A stretch of 64,000 bases of DNA, taken from contig CAVRQT010000003.1 of NCBI GenBank assembly GCA_963723515.1, positions 800,001 to 864,000 of the forward strand, in the 5' to 3' direction. Below, one piece after another: positions 52,295-62,578 of this stretch (position 1 is its first letter; every line of letters starts with the position of its first letter). The translations under genes and the position numbers were made by a program. The notes beneath the pieces are model-generated. The model searched no databases, was not told the origin of the DNA, and was given only the letters and a program-made list of their open reading frames with translations. This DNA is from Vulcanimicrobiota bacterium. Its GTDB lineage: Bacteria > Vulcanimicrobiota > Vulcanimicrobiia > Vulcanimicrobiales > Vulcanimicrobiaceae.

Positions 52295-54015
52295 TGTACT
52301 ACGACGTCATCATCGTCGGCGGAAGCCTAGGCGGTGCAGCGGCGGCCTTAAGCGCCGGCTCCAGCACGTATTCCGTCTGCCTTTTTGAGGCGAGCGATTG
52401 GATCGGCGGTCAGTTTTCATCGCAAGGCGTGACCAAGCCCGATGAAAACCGCTATATCGAGAGCGTCGGGAGCACCGCAAATTACCGGAATTTCCGGCAT
52501 GCCGTACGCGCGTTCTATCGCAATAACTACCGCCTCTCATCGCAAGGCGCAGGTCAGCCGACCCTCAATCCCGGCGGACCCTACCCCGGATTCTCAACCG
52601 AGCCGCGCGCCGCAAGCAATGTGCTCCTTCAGAGGCTCCAAGCGCGGCCCAACATTCACGTTCGCCTGAATACGCACATTACAACGGTCGACGTTCAAGG
52701 CGATCAAGTGCAAAGCGTTACGGCAGTCGGGCCTGACGGCACGCAAACCGTCTACACTGCAAAATATTTTCTCGATGCGACGGATCTCGGCGATCTGCTG
52801 CCGATGGCCAACGTTGAACACGCACTTGGCGCCGAGGCCAAAAGTGACACCGGTGAGCCGAATGCACCCGATACTGCGCGGCCGGATTGGATTCAACCGA
52901 TTACGAGCGTCGTTGCGCTTGAACACCGGCCTTCCGGCGAAAACCACACGATTGCGCCGCCCCCGAATTACGCAACGCTCAAGACGCAACAAAACTACAC
53001 CGTCGTGGACGGCTACATCTCAAAAGTCTTTCAAGCCGGCGTCGACATGTGGACGTACCGCCGCTACATCGATGCCGCCAACTTCAACGATCCAGCGTTT
53101 CCGAATGACTTGAGCATGCTGAATATGGGCGCCAACGATTACCAAGGCGCGACACCGCCTTCCGGTTCGGCCACTCAGGATGCCGCGATTATCGGACGCG
53201 CTCGTCAAGCCGCACTCGGCTTCGTCTATTGGCTGCAAACCGAAGTTCGGCGTGATGACGGCAGCGGCAACGGTTATCCGAATCTAAAGGTCCGCACCGA
53301 TCAATTCGGCACATCCGACGGTACGTCGGCACAGCCGTACATCCGTGAGGGGCGCCGCATCAAAGCCCGCTATACGATCGTGCAGCAAGATCTCGATCAG
53401 GCGTATCGCGGCGGCCCACGGGCGAAGAATTATCCCGATTCTTGCGGCATCGGTTTTTACGGCGGCCTCGATATCCACGCACTCGCCGCAGTGGGCATGC
53501 CGCAGCAATTCATCACGATTTGGCCGTTTCAAATTCCGCTGCGCTCACTGATCCCGGTGCGCGTCACGAACCTGATTCCAGCATGTAAGAACATCGGAAC
53601 GACACACATCACAAACGGCGCCTACCGCTTGCATCCCGTCGAGTGGAACATCGGAGAGTCAGCCGGCATGCTGGCGCGCTTTGCGATCGCGAACAACGTT
53701 AGCCCGGGCACGGTGGCAACGACGCCCACCCTCCTCCGTTCTTTTCAGCATCTGCTGCTGAGCGTCGGCGTTCCGCTCTTCTGGTGGACCGACATAACCG
53801 TGGATAATCCGCAACTGTTTTCCGCCGTGCAATTGCTCGGCGTCGACGGCATCATGAGCGGCAATCCGGATATGAGTTATGCGCCCAACGCAATCCTCAC
53901 CGATCTGGAGCGCGCCGATATCGACAGCGCCGTCGGACGGCAACTCAATTGGCCCGCGACGACGATGACGCGCGGTCAAGCGGCATTGTGGCTCGTCAAC
54001 CAACTCGCGCTGTAG
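52294..54015 (+). CDS. FAD-dependent oxidoreductase (FAD_oxidored type)
   Basis: DVIIVGGSLGG, WIGGQFSSQGV, LDATDLGDLL, PYIREGRR, PFQIPLRSLIP, KNIGTTHITNGAYRLHPVEWNIGE. Confidence 0.9.
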   Translation: MYYDVIIVGGSLGGAAAALSAGSSTYSVCLFEASDWIGGQFSSQGVTKPDENRYIESVGSTANYRNFRHAVRAFYRNNYRLSSQGAGQPTLNPGGPYPGFSTEPRAASNVLLQRLQARPNIHVRLNTHITTVDVQGDQVQSVTAVGPDGTQTVYTAKYFLDATDLGDLLPMANVEHALGAEAKSDTGEPNAPDTARPDWIQPITSVVALEHRPSGENHTIAPPPNYATLKTQQNYTVVDGYISKVFQAGVDMWTYRRYIDAANFNDPAFPNDLSMLNMGANDYQGATPPSGSATQDAAIIGRARQAALGFVYWLQTEVRRDDGSGNGYPNLKVRTDQFGTSDGTSAQPYIREGRRIKARYTIVQQDLDQAYRGGPRAKNYPDSCGIGFYGGLDIHALAAVGMPQQFITIWPFQIPLRSLIPVRVTNLIPACKNIGTTHITNGAYRLHPVEWNIGESAGMLARFAIANNVSPGTVATTPTLLRSFQHLLLSVGVPLFWWTDITVDNPQLFSAVQLLGVDGIMSGNPDMSYAPNAILTDLERADIDSAVGRQLNWPATTMTRGQAALWLVNQLAL

Positions 54016-54067
54016 CGGGTTACCAAAGGAAAGGCGACGCGGGGACTTCAATCAGAGCCGGGCATTC

Positions 54068-54140
54068 GGGGGCATAGCTCAGCTGGTAGAGCATTACGCT
54101 GGCAGCGTAAGGGTCAGGAGTTCGAGTCTCCTTGCCTCCA
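54068..54140 (+). tRNA. tRNA-Ala(GGC), CCA not encoded
   Basis: GGGGGCA/TGCCTCC with G3:U70; TTACG-CTGGCAG-CGTAA anticodon arm. Confidence 0.96.
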
Positions 54141-54169
54141 AGTTTTTTCAATCACACCGGAGGACTTCC

Positions 54170-54547
54170 ATGGAAACAGCCACCGCCAAAGACGTTCAAA
54201 TCACCGGAATCGACATATCGACGTTTCTCGTCAAAGATCCCGATCGCGCGACCAAATTTTGGCGCGACACGATGGGCTTAAACGCAACGCAAGTCTGGGA
54301 TGGACGCGGCGCCGAGTTCGAATTGCCCGACGGTTCAACATTCGGCCTCTGGAAAATGGACGACGGCTCATGGTCGCCGGGCAGCAGCATCATGTTCGCC
54401 GTTCCCGACATCAAGCGCGCCGTCGAATATTACCGTTCGCGCGGCGTCGAGATCAGCGAATCGGAAGAAACGCCCGTCTGCCATATGGCGTTTGCTGAGG
54501 ACAGCGAAGGCAATCACTTCATCCTGCATCAGCGGAAGAGCAACTAA
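54170..54547 (+). CDS. VOC/glyoxalase family protein
   Basis: FWRDTMGL, IMFAVPDI, DSEGNHFILHQ; GGAGG SD. Confidence 0.9.
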   Translation: METATAKDVQITGIDISTFLVKDPDRATKFWRDTMGLNATQVWDGRGAEFELPDGSTFGLWKMDDGSWSPGSSIMFAVPDIKRAVEYYRSRGVEISESEETPVCHMAFAEDSEGNHFILHQRKSN

Positions 54548-54993
54548 CGCTATAGCCGCTGTGCATCGTGAACGGGCCCCGTGCCGGAATCGCGGATGGC
54601 GCGTTTCTTGCTTTGGTGACCGCATGAGTGATGAAATGCCCGACTGGGGATGCTCGCAAAGCGATCCCGCCGGCAACTGCATCAGTTTGCTCTGATCGAC
54701 TTGGTCCCCCACGCCAACCCAAAGAGCGCCGGAAATCACGCGTGAGGTTATTCCGTGTCGCTATGAAAGTGCGCCGGGAAGGTCGTGTTCGCCGGCAACT
54801 TCAGACGAATCGTGTAGGGGCCGGAGTTCGTCGGATCACCATAAGAGAACGGCAATCTGCAGATCCCGCGATCGGTCCGGTGCCGGCAATCCAGTCACCT
54901 TGTCAGGCGTGACGACAGTAGGAGTTGCGGCGATTGCGATTCCGGTGCTCAAAAATATCATCGCCGCAACAAAGAAAGCAATTTGTGCATCAT
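54548..54993 (-). CDS. Secreted cupin-domain protein (several frameshifts; ends approximate)
   Basis: LYGDPTNSGPYTIRLKLPANTTFPAHFH, VISGALWVGVGD, LPAGS, GTGPF. Confidence 0.75.
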
Positions 54994-55059
54994 AAATCGC
55001 CTGGAGAGCGTTGTCTTCTTGTGAACGGCATGGCCGACTATTGTATTACAATGGCTGAC

Positions 55060-55424
55060 GGAGTACGCCGGATGACCGCGCTTCCCAGCTCGTCAAGGAA
55101 AGGTGAGGAAAGTCCGGGCTTCACAGGGCAAGGTGCAGGATAACGTCCTGTCGGGGCAACCCGAAGGAAAGTGCCACAGAAACATACCGCCGTTTTGGCA
55201 AGGGTGAAATCGTGAGGTAAGAGCTCACGGAGCCGCACGGAGACGTGCGCTCGGGTAAACCCCACCTGAAGCAAGGGTGCTCGATGCTCGCGGAGCGATC
55301 CGAGAGCCGGACGGCCCGTCCGAGCGAGCTTGAACCGCATTGAGGCGCACGGTAACGCGCGCCCCAGAGAGATGGTCATCGCGCGGAGATTCCGCGTACA
55401 GAATCCGGCTTACAGGCGTACTCC
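55060..55424 (+). ncRNA. rnpB: RNase P RNA (bacterial type A)
   Basis: P1 GGAGTACGCC/GGCGTACTCC, GAGGAAAGTCCGGGC, AGTGCCACAGAAA, GGTAAACCCC, ACAGAATCCGGCTTA. Confidence 0.97.
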
Positions 55425-55512
55425 GCTTGCCGCGGCGCAACCGTGGCCCCGATGCCGGCGATTTCAAGAAACGAGGGGACCGGCGTCTAACGCCACCTAA
55501 GAAAAGGAACCA

Positions 55513-55920
55513 ATGAGCGAACAGCACTTTAGCCCGGAAATGACCGTCGATGAAGCGTTCAAGTTGCATGCCGGAGCCCGACGCGTCTTCGCGCGCTTCC
55601 ATTTGGGCGGCTGCTCGAATTGCGCGATTAGCGAATCGCATACGATCGGCGCCATCAGCGAGGATTACGGAATTCCGCTGCCGATGCTGCTCGACGCCTT
55701 GAACGGCCTCTTCGATCAGGGTGCGCTTGCCGTTGGCGACAAGGTGCGAATCCCGGATGAGATCCGCACGAAAATTCCGCAACTCGCGAACGTTCCTGAG
55801 CTCGGCGAGGTGCGCAGCGCGGACGCAGGCGCCTACATCGTCGAATTCGGCGAGGTGCGCTTACAGGGTTTGGCCGAAGACTTTATTCCGGTTCAAGCGA
55901 GCGCCACGCCCGCAGCCTAA
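55513..55920 (+). CDS. DUF1858-like (CxxC) protein with extra C-terminal small beta domain
   Basis: MTVDEAFKLH...VFARFHLGGCSNC...LLDALN. Confidence 0.7.
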   Translation: MSEQHFSPEMTVDEAFKLHAGARRVFARFHLGGCSNCAISESHTIGAISEDYGIPLPMLLDALNGLFDQGALAVGDKVRIPDEIRTKIPQLANVPELGEVRSADAGAYIVEFGEVRLQGLAEDFIPVQASATPAA

Positions 55921-55931
55921 TTCAGCGGCGC

Positions 55932-56327
55932 CTAAGCGATCCGCTTGCGATCCATGAACGTCTCGTCCATGCGATGCCAATGCGCGATCGACGGCTCCCC
56001 AGCTTTCCAGCACAAGTAGATTTGATCGCCGTCGCGCAGGGCTGGAAAATCGATCAGCCCGAGATCCATGTCTTTGACGATGCAGCCGTAACCTTCGATG
56101 CGGTTGATCAGCCGTACGATTTCGGCTTTCAGTTCGCTGAACCGGCGGGGCGCAAAGGGCGAGCGTAAGCCGGCCAGCCGCGGTTCGCGCACGCTGTGAG
56201 CGCGCAACGCCGGATCGTTTTCCAACAACTTGATCGCTAACTCCCGGCGCTTCGTCCACAGTTCTTGGACGAGCGGCGCAATCTTCGGAATGAGGGCGTT
56301 AGCCTTTTCAGGCGAAAACAGTTTCAT
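55932..56327 (-). CDS. DUF2203 family protein
   Basis: KLFSPEKANALIP, GCIVKDMDLGLIDFP, YLCWKAGEPSIAHWH. Confidence 0.9.
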   Translation of the reverse strand: MKLFSPEKANALIPKIAPLVQELWTKRRELAIKLLENDPALRAHSVREPRLAGLRSPFAPRRFSELKAEIVRLINRIEGYGCIVKDMDLGLIDFPALRDGDQIYLCWKAGEPSIAHWHRMDETFMDRKRIA

Positions 56328-56354
56328 GACGCCTCACCGCTCGCGGCGGCCGAC

Positions 56355-57216
56355 TTGACGAAGCCACGAATCGTTTTCGTGACCGGGCTTTCAGGTGCCG
56401 GCAAGAGCCAGGCCATGAAAACGTTCGAGGACTTGGGATTTTATTGCGTAGACAACCTTCCTCCCGCGCTTGCGACGGAGGCAATCAAGCTGCTGACTGC
56501 CGGCCACTTGGAACGCATCGCCGTGGCGCTTGATGTTCGTAGCGGGGGGCCGTTGGGCGAGGCAAAGCGCGTCTTCGACACTCTGCAACTAGACCACACG
56601 CGCCCCGAAATACTATTTTTGGAAGCGCAAGATGAAACGCTCGTTCGCCGCTACAGCGAAACGCGCCGCCGCCATCCCCTCGCGGGGCAAGATACGCTCA
56701 TTGAAGCGATCGCGGCAGAACGCGCTGCTCTCGCGCCCGTACGCGAGCGCTCAACGCAAGTGCTCGACACGACCAACTTGACACACGCCACCCTGAAGGA
56801 ACGCATCGCAGCGCTCTATACCTCGGCCGGACCGGCGCCGCGGCTGCTCGCCTTTGTTATCGCCTTCGGATTTAAATACGGCATTCCGCTCGACGTCGAT
56901 TTGCTTTTCGATGTGCGGTTTTTGCGCAACCCGAACTACGACGACAAACTTCAACCGTTAACCGGCCGCGACGCGGCAGTGGGCGAGTTCATCAATGCCG
57001 ATCCCGCGTACGAGCCGTTCATGAAACGCGTTGAGGACCTGCTCGATTTTCTCGTGCCGCGCTACTTGTCCGAGGGAAAATCACAGTTAACGATCGGAGT
57101 TGGCTGTACCGGTGGACGTCACCGCTCCGTGTATCGTCGCGGAACAACTCGCGCTGCACTTAGAGCGCAGCGCGCAAGTCGAAACCCATGTTGATTTTCG
57201 GGACATGACTCGCTAA
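56355..57216 (+). CDS. rapZ: RNase adapter RapZ/YvcJ (frameshift near C-terminus)
   Basis: VTGLSGAGKS, EDLGFYCVDNLPP, RRYSETRRRHPL, FGFKYG, DVRFLRNP, GCTGGRHRSV. Confidence 0.95.
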
Positions 57217-58558
57217 TGCGCGACCGCTCGCTGCGGCTCTTCGGTTGGCTGTATCCGGGCATCGGCGTGAAGCGCTGGCTCGTTGTTGCAATCATCGGTG
57301 CCCTGCTTCTGGTCAACGGCATCAGCCGCTGGCTCGTCGCCGAGGGCATGCACCTCAATATCAACGAGTGGCTCGACGACTTTGTCGACGATCTCTTCCC
57401 GCCGTCGTACCTCTCGTGGATTTTTATATTCCTGGGAGTCGTCTTGATCGTCTTCGGCATCCGCCAATGGATGCGTTCACTGTTGCGCGCATCAACCGTC
57501 GGCGGCGCCGACCGCATTGTCGATACGCTGCTCGAGATGCGCATGAAAGACGGCTATAAGATCGTCGCCATCGGCGGTGGAACCGGACTTTCGACGCTCT
57601 TACGCGGCCTCAAACGTTACACGCCAAACTTGACTGCAGTCGTTACCGTTAGTGACGACGGCGGAAGCTCCGGGCCGCCTGCAAAAAGAGCTCGGTGTCT
57701 TGCCGCCGGGCGACATTCGCAACTGCCTCGTGGCGCTTGCCGATGATGAAGCACTCGTAACGGATCTTTTCCGCTACCGTTTCCGCGAAGGCGACGGGCT
57801 GTCGGGGCATTCGTTTGGCAATCTCTTTCTCGCCGCCATGACCGGAATCACCGGCAATTTCGATGAGGCGATTCGAGAGTCGAGCCGCGTGCTCAACATC
57901 AAAGGCCGGGTGCTGCCCTCAACGCTCGGCGTGGTGCGTCTTTGCGCGACGCTCACCGATGGAACAACGGTCGAAGGCGAATCGAACATTTCCGCTTCGC
58001 ATGCGCGAATCGATCGCGTCTACTTCGAGCCGCGCCACGCAGCGCCGTTGCCCGAAGTGATGGCTGCGATCCGCGAAGCTGACGCGATCATTCTGGGGCC
58101 GGGCAGCCTCTATACTTCAATCATTCCGAACTTTCTTAGTCGATCGCGTCGCCCAAGAAGTTGAGCGCTCGAGCGCGATCAAGATGTACGTCTGCAACGT
58201 GATGACGCAGCCTGGTGAAACCGATTCGCTGACTGCATCCGAGCATGCCGCTGCTTTATTGCGCAACGCCGGAGCGCGCGTCTTTGACTACGTGATCGTA
58301 AACGAAGAGTCGCCAAGCAAACTGCTCGAGGCGTACGCGGAGGAAGGCCAAGTCCCCGTTGAGGCCGACGCGGAACAGATTTCAGGATTAGGCTTGACGC
58401 CGGTGAGCGCGCGAGTCATCAGCGAAACCGTCAACGTGCGACACGATCCGGCAAAGCTCGCATCGGTCGTCCTTGGGCTGATCGAGCGCGCCGTCGCTCA
58501 ACGCGCTTCGTTCGTAAAGGCGCCTGCGGCGGCCGTCAGTGCGAGAGCTTCACTGTAA
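57216..58558 (+). CDS. yvcK: Gluconeogenesis factor YvcK/CuvA (UPF0052) with N-terminal TM extension (frameshifted)
   Basis: IGGGTGLSTLLRGLK, DDGGSSG, PPGDIRNCL, GHSFGNLFL, GPGSLYTSI, NVMTQPGET, RHDP. Confidence 0.93.
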
Positions 58559-58865
58559 CGGTCGCGGTTCCTGACGGTTCGACCGTGATCGTGTCGTTGA
58601 AATTCTTGTAACCGTCTGCGACCACTGCATAATCAACCGATCCACTCGGGACGTTCGCAACGCTGAATGTCCCATCCGTACCTGTGTGGGTCACTATGGC
58701 GGAGTCAACCGTCACCGTCGCATTCGCAACCGGCGAAGCAGTCGCGGCATCGACGACGACGCCTTTAACGATAGCGTATTTGGCTGAGGGCGGAAGCTGG
58801 TCGTCGTTGCAACCTACGGCAAAGGCGGCTAGGAGTGCGATCAATAGCAAGCGCGCGATTTTCAT
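58536..58865 (-). CDS. Lipoprotein with carboxypeptidase-regulatory-like domain
   Basis: Lipobox FAVGC; GVVVDAATASPVANATVTV, TDGTFSVANVPSG. Confidence 0.8.
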   Translation of the reverse strand: MKIARLLLIALLAAFAVGCNDDQLPPSAKYAIVKGVVVDAATASPVANATVTVDSAIVTHTGTDGTFSVANVPSGSVDYAVVADGYKNFNDTITVEPSGTATVTVKLSH

Positions 58866-58969
58866 AAGCATTTCATCCTCAAAACTGCGACGCAGATTTC
58901 TCTCTTCGTCGTCCGCCGCCATAGCGCATTCGAAAGGCGCGATTGTGACTCGCGCGGAAGCGCCATTTG

Positions 58970-60378
58970 ATGGCAACGACGATCCCGGCTGAGGTAAAGA
59001 CCGGACCGGTTTACTTCGAAAACGCGCTGCAGGCCGTCGGCAACACGCCGCTGATTCGACTGAACAAGATAACCGACGGTGCGCGGTGCTTGGTTCTGGC
59101 GAAGGTCGAGTACGTGAATCCGGGCGGCAGCATCAAAGACCGGCCGGCGGTCGCGATGCTCGATGCGGCTGAACGCGAAGGGCTCTTGAAGCCCGGCGGA
59201 ACGATCGTGGAGCCGACCAGCGGCAACACCGGTTCGGGCCTTGCAATGGCCGCGGCGATTCGCGGTTACCGCTGCATCCTCGTCATGCCGGACAAGATGT
59301 CGACGCGAGAAAATCGATCTTCTGCGCGCCTACGGCGCCGACGTCGTCGTCACGCCGACCAACGTCCCGAACGACTCGCCGGAATCGTACTATGGGGTCG
59401 CAAACCGCCTCGCGGCCGAAATACCGGGCGCTTTTCAACCGAATCAATTTCACAACCATGCGAATCCAGAGGCGCACTACCGTACGACGGGCCCCGAGAT
59501 TTGGGAGCAAACCGGTGGAACGATTACGCCACTTCGTTGCCGGCCTGGGAACCGGCGGCACGATCTCCGGTGCGGCGCGCTATCTTAAGGAAAGAAATCC
59601 GAAGATCCACGTGATCGGCGCCGACCCCGAAGGTTCGATTTATTCGGGTGATACGCCGAAGTCGTACGCCGTCGAAGGCATCGGCATGTCGTATCTTCCG
59701 GAAACCGTCGATCTCAAGGTGATCGACGAGATGGTCAGAGTATCGGACCGCGATTCGTTCCTCATGGCGCGGCGCATCACGCGCGAAGAGGGTTTGCTGG
59801 TCGGCGGTTCATCGGGCACCGCAGCGGTTGCCGCCATGCGCCTTGCAAAGACGCTTCCGCAGGATGCGGTTATCGTCGTCGTCTTTCCCGATTCGGGCCG
59901 TGGCTATATGTCGAAGATCTTCAACGAGGATTGGATGATCGCCAACGGCTTCATCGCCGAAGGCAAGCGCAAAGCAACGGTCGGTGATGTGCTGCGCAGC
60001 AAAACGCCGCTGCCGCCGATGATCACCGTCAAGGACGATGACGTCGTCCGCGACGCCCTCGAGCTTTTGCGCAAATACGAAATCTCGCAGATTCCCGTTA
60101 TGCACGATCGCGAACAAATCGGCAGCATCAACGATGTTGCTGTCATGCAAGCGGTTTTCGACCAAGCCGACATCCTTCACAAGCCGGTCCGCGAGGTGAT
60201 GGGCCGCGCGTTTCCCGTTCTGGAGCAATTCGCCGAAATCGATCAGGCATACAAGCTACTCACGCTGGCCAACCCAGCCGTGGTCATTGCCGATGAGGGA
60301 GAGCCGGTCGGCGTGCTGACGCGTCAAGACATCATCTCGTATCTTTCGAGCAGCTCCGAGATGCCCAAAGCAAGGTAA
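58970..60378 (+). CDS. cbs: Cystathionine beta-synthase with C-terminal CBS domains (frameshifted)
   Basis: [50 protein letters not shown] pair ([16 protein letters not shown]). Confidence 0.92.
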
Positions 60379-60385
60379 GGCCAGT

Positions 60386-61548
60386 CTGAAATTTAGCACA
60401 AGGCCATTCACATCGGGCAGGATGCCGATCCCGCAACCGGTGCCACGATCGTTCCGATTTACCAGACCTCAACCTACACGCAGGACGCCGTTGGCCAGCA
60501 TAAGGGATTCGATTACAGTCGAACGGTTAATCCGACGCGCTTAGCGCTCGAACGGCAATTAGCAGCACTGGAAGATGCAGAATACGGTAGCGCGTTCTCA
60601 AGCGGAATGGCGGCGACGTCTGCGGTGCTCGGCATATTATCGGCCGGCGACCATGTCGTCGTTACCGACGACCTTTACGGCGGGACGTACCGCCTCTTCT
60701 CGCGCGTCCTCGCTCGTTACGGTGTGGAATTCTCGTACGTCGATATGACCGACGCGAATGCGGTTCGCAGCGCGATTCGGCCAAACACGAAGATGCTGTG
60801 GCTAGAGACACCGACGAACCCACTCTTGAAGCTCATCGACATTCGCGCCATCTGCAACTCTGCGGCCGGCCAACGTGCATCGTCGCGATCGATAATACCT
60901 TCGCGACGCCGTACTTTCAGCGACCACTCGGGTTCGGCGCCGATATCGTCGTTCATTCGACAACCAAATACATCGGGGGCCACAGCGATGTTATCGGTGG
61001 CGCGGTGCTCACAAACAATTCGCAGTACTATGACGCGATCAAGTTTATTCAGAATTCGGCCGGAGCCGTCCCAAGCCCAATGGATGCATATCTGACGATG
61101 CGGGGCGCTAAGACATTGGCATTGCGTATGCGCGAGCACGCGAAAAATGCGCAACGGATCGCCGAATTTTTAGAGGCGCGCGAGGACATCGACCAGGTCT
61201 ATTATCCCGGCCTGCCGTCCCATCCGCAGCACGAACTCGCGAAGCGCCAGATGTCCGGTTTTAGCGGCATGCTGTCGTTTACGCTGAAAGGGCCGCAATC
61301 ACGCGCGCTTGATGTCGCGGGCCGAACGAAGATCTTCAGTTTGGCGGAGAGCTTGGGCGGCGTAGAATCGTTGATCACCCATCCAGGAAGGATGACGCAC
61401 GGTTCAATCCCGCGCGCAAGAGCGCGAAGCGCGCGGTGTAACGGACGGGCTGCTACGGCTTTCGGTTGGAATTGAGGATGTTGAGGATCTGGTCGCGGAT
61501 TTGGAAGCCGCGCTCGAAGCCACCAAACCCCAAACAGCACCGCTCTAA
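60386..61548 (+). CDS. Cystathionine gamma-lyase/gamma-synthase (frameshifted; start unclear)
   Basis: [65 protein letters not shown]. Confidence 0.92.
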
Positions 61549-61556
61549 AGCCTGAG

Positions 61557-61990
61557 TGTCACCCTGAGCTTGTCGAAGGGCAGCTCTGATCGTGGGCGCT
61601 TCGACAGGCTCAGCATGACAGAATCGAACCACGTCGATCGGAGTGAAACGCCGCGGTCATTCTCAGCAGCGAATTAGTCCCGGTGCTGATCGACGGCGCC
61701 TCGGGCACTCAGTTTCGAAGCATGGCCTAAGTTGATCTGGCGCTAAGCGACGATCAATATCGCTTAGGCACAATCGCGTTACTCGCGATCACGGTAGTCA
61801 CTGTCACCCTGAGCTTGTCGAAGGCGCAGCTCTGATCGTGGGCGCGATTATGCCACGCCGATCGCGTCTGTCAAGATGGATCAGCTTAGACATGCTTCGA
61901 CAAGCTCAGCATGACACTAGGACTAACGCTAAAACGAGAGCATGACCGACTCTACTCATGCTTCGGCCCTTCGACAAGCTCAGGGTGACA
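61557..61990. repeat. Composite REP-like cluster
   Basis: Left arms TGTCACCCTGAGCTTGTCGAAGG at 61557 and 61802, each followed by CAGCTCTGATCGTGGGCGC; right arms near 61598, 61894 and 61967. Confidence 0.88.
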
Positions 61991-62023
61991 GAAAATTAGC
62001 AACACGTGACAATTATCGCGGCG

Positions 62024-62578
62024 TTAGAACGATCGCGGTAAGACAACCGCCAGGTTTCGGAGCGCGTCTTTCGCTTTGTCTTCGTCGATAATACCGACGT
62101 GGCCCGAAACCGACACGACTATTCCGCGCCGGCCGTCGATCGTCGCATATGCGTATTGCTGCATCGAATCGAACCCTTCGCCGTAGGCAAACTTGAACCA
62201 ATAAGCCGGCATTCCGTTGGGCAATCGCGTCAAGACTTTCTTGCTCACAAAGAGCCCGTCGATTTGGTTGCGCAAATCGTTTTCGACGATCTGTTCGAAA
62301 TCGTTGAGCCCGCTTGGAAAGAGCACCATCATGATCAAGATCGTGAGCTGATCTTCCTTACCCCGGTTGTGAACGTACGCCGCTACGGGCGAGAGATGCG
62401 GCTGCTCCGATAAATCAACAGGCGGCACGGTGACGGCATCAAAATCGGGCGGCGGCTGAAACCGCACCGTATCGTCGGTATAAAGCGGCGCATCTGCCCT
62501 TGCGGGCGCCGGATTAACAAGCCCTATTCCGCAAACAATTACGGCGCAGAGGCAGGCTGCCAGCGAAAAACGGTTCAT
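62024..62578 (-). CDS. Secreted hypothetical protein
   Basis: Signal peptide; PsbP/Mog1-like pattern (tentative). Confidence 0.7.
   Translation of the reverse strand: MNRFSLAACLCAVIVCGIGLVNPAPARADAPLYTDDTVRFQPPPDFDAVTVPPVDLSEQPHLSPVAAYVHNRGKEDQLTILIMMVLFPSGLNDFEQIVENDLRNQIDGLFVSKKVLTRLPNGMPAYWFKFAYGEGFDSMQQYAYATIDGRRGIVVSVSGHVGIIDEDKAKDALRNLAVVLPRSF

Noticed and set aside
44605..54140. Integrated element bounded by the two tRNA-Ala genes
   Set aside because: Both tRNAs are complete, are different isoacceptors with different 3' ends, and no integrase is present.
55038..55379. 113-aa minus-strand ORF
   Set aside because: It is antisense to the RNase P RNA.
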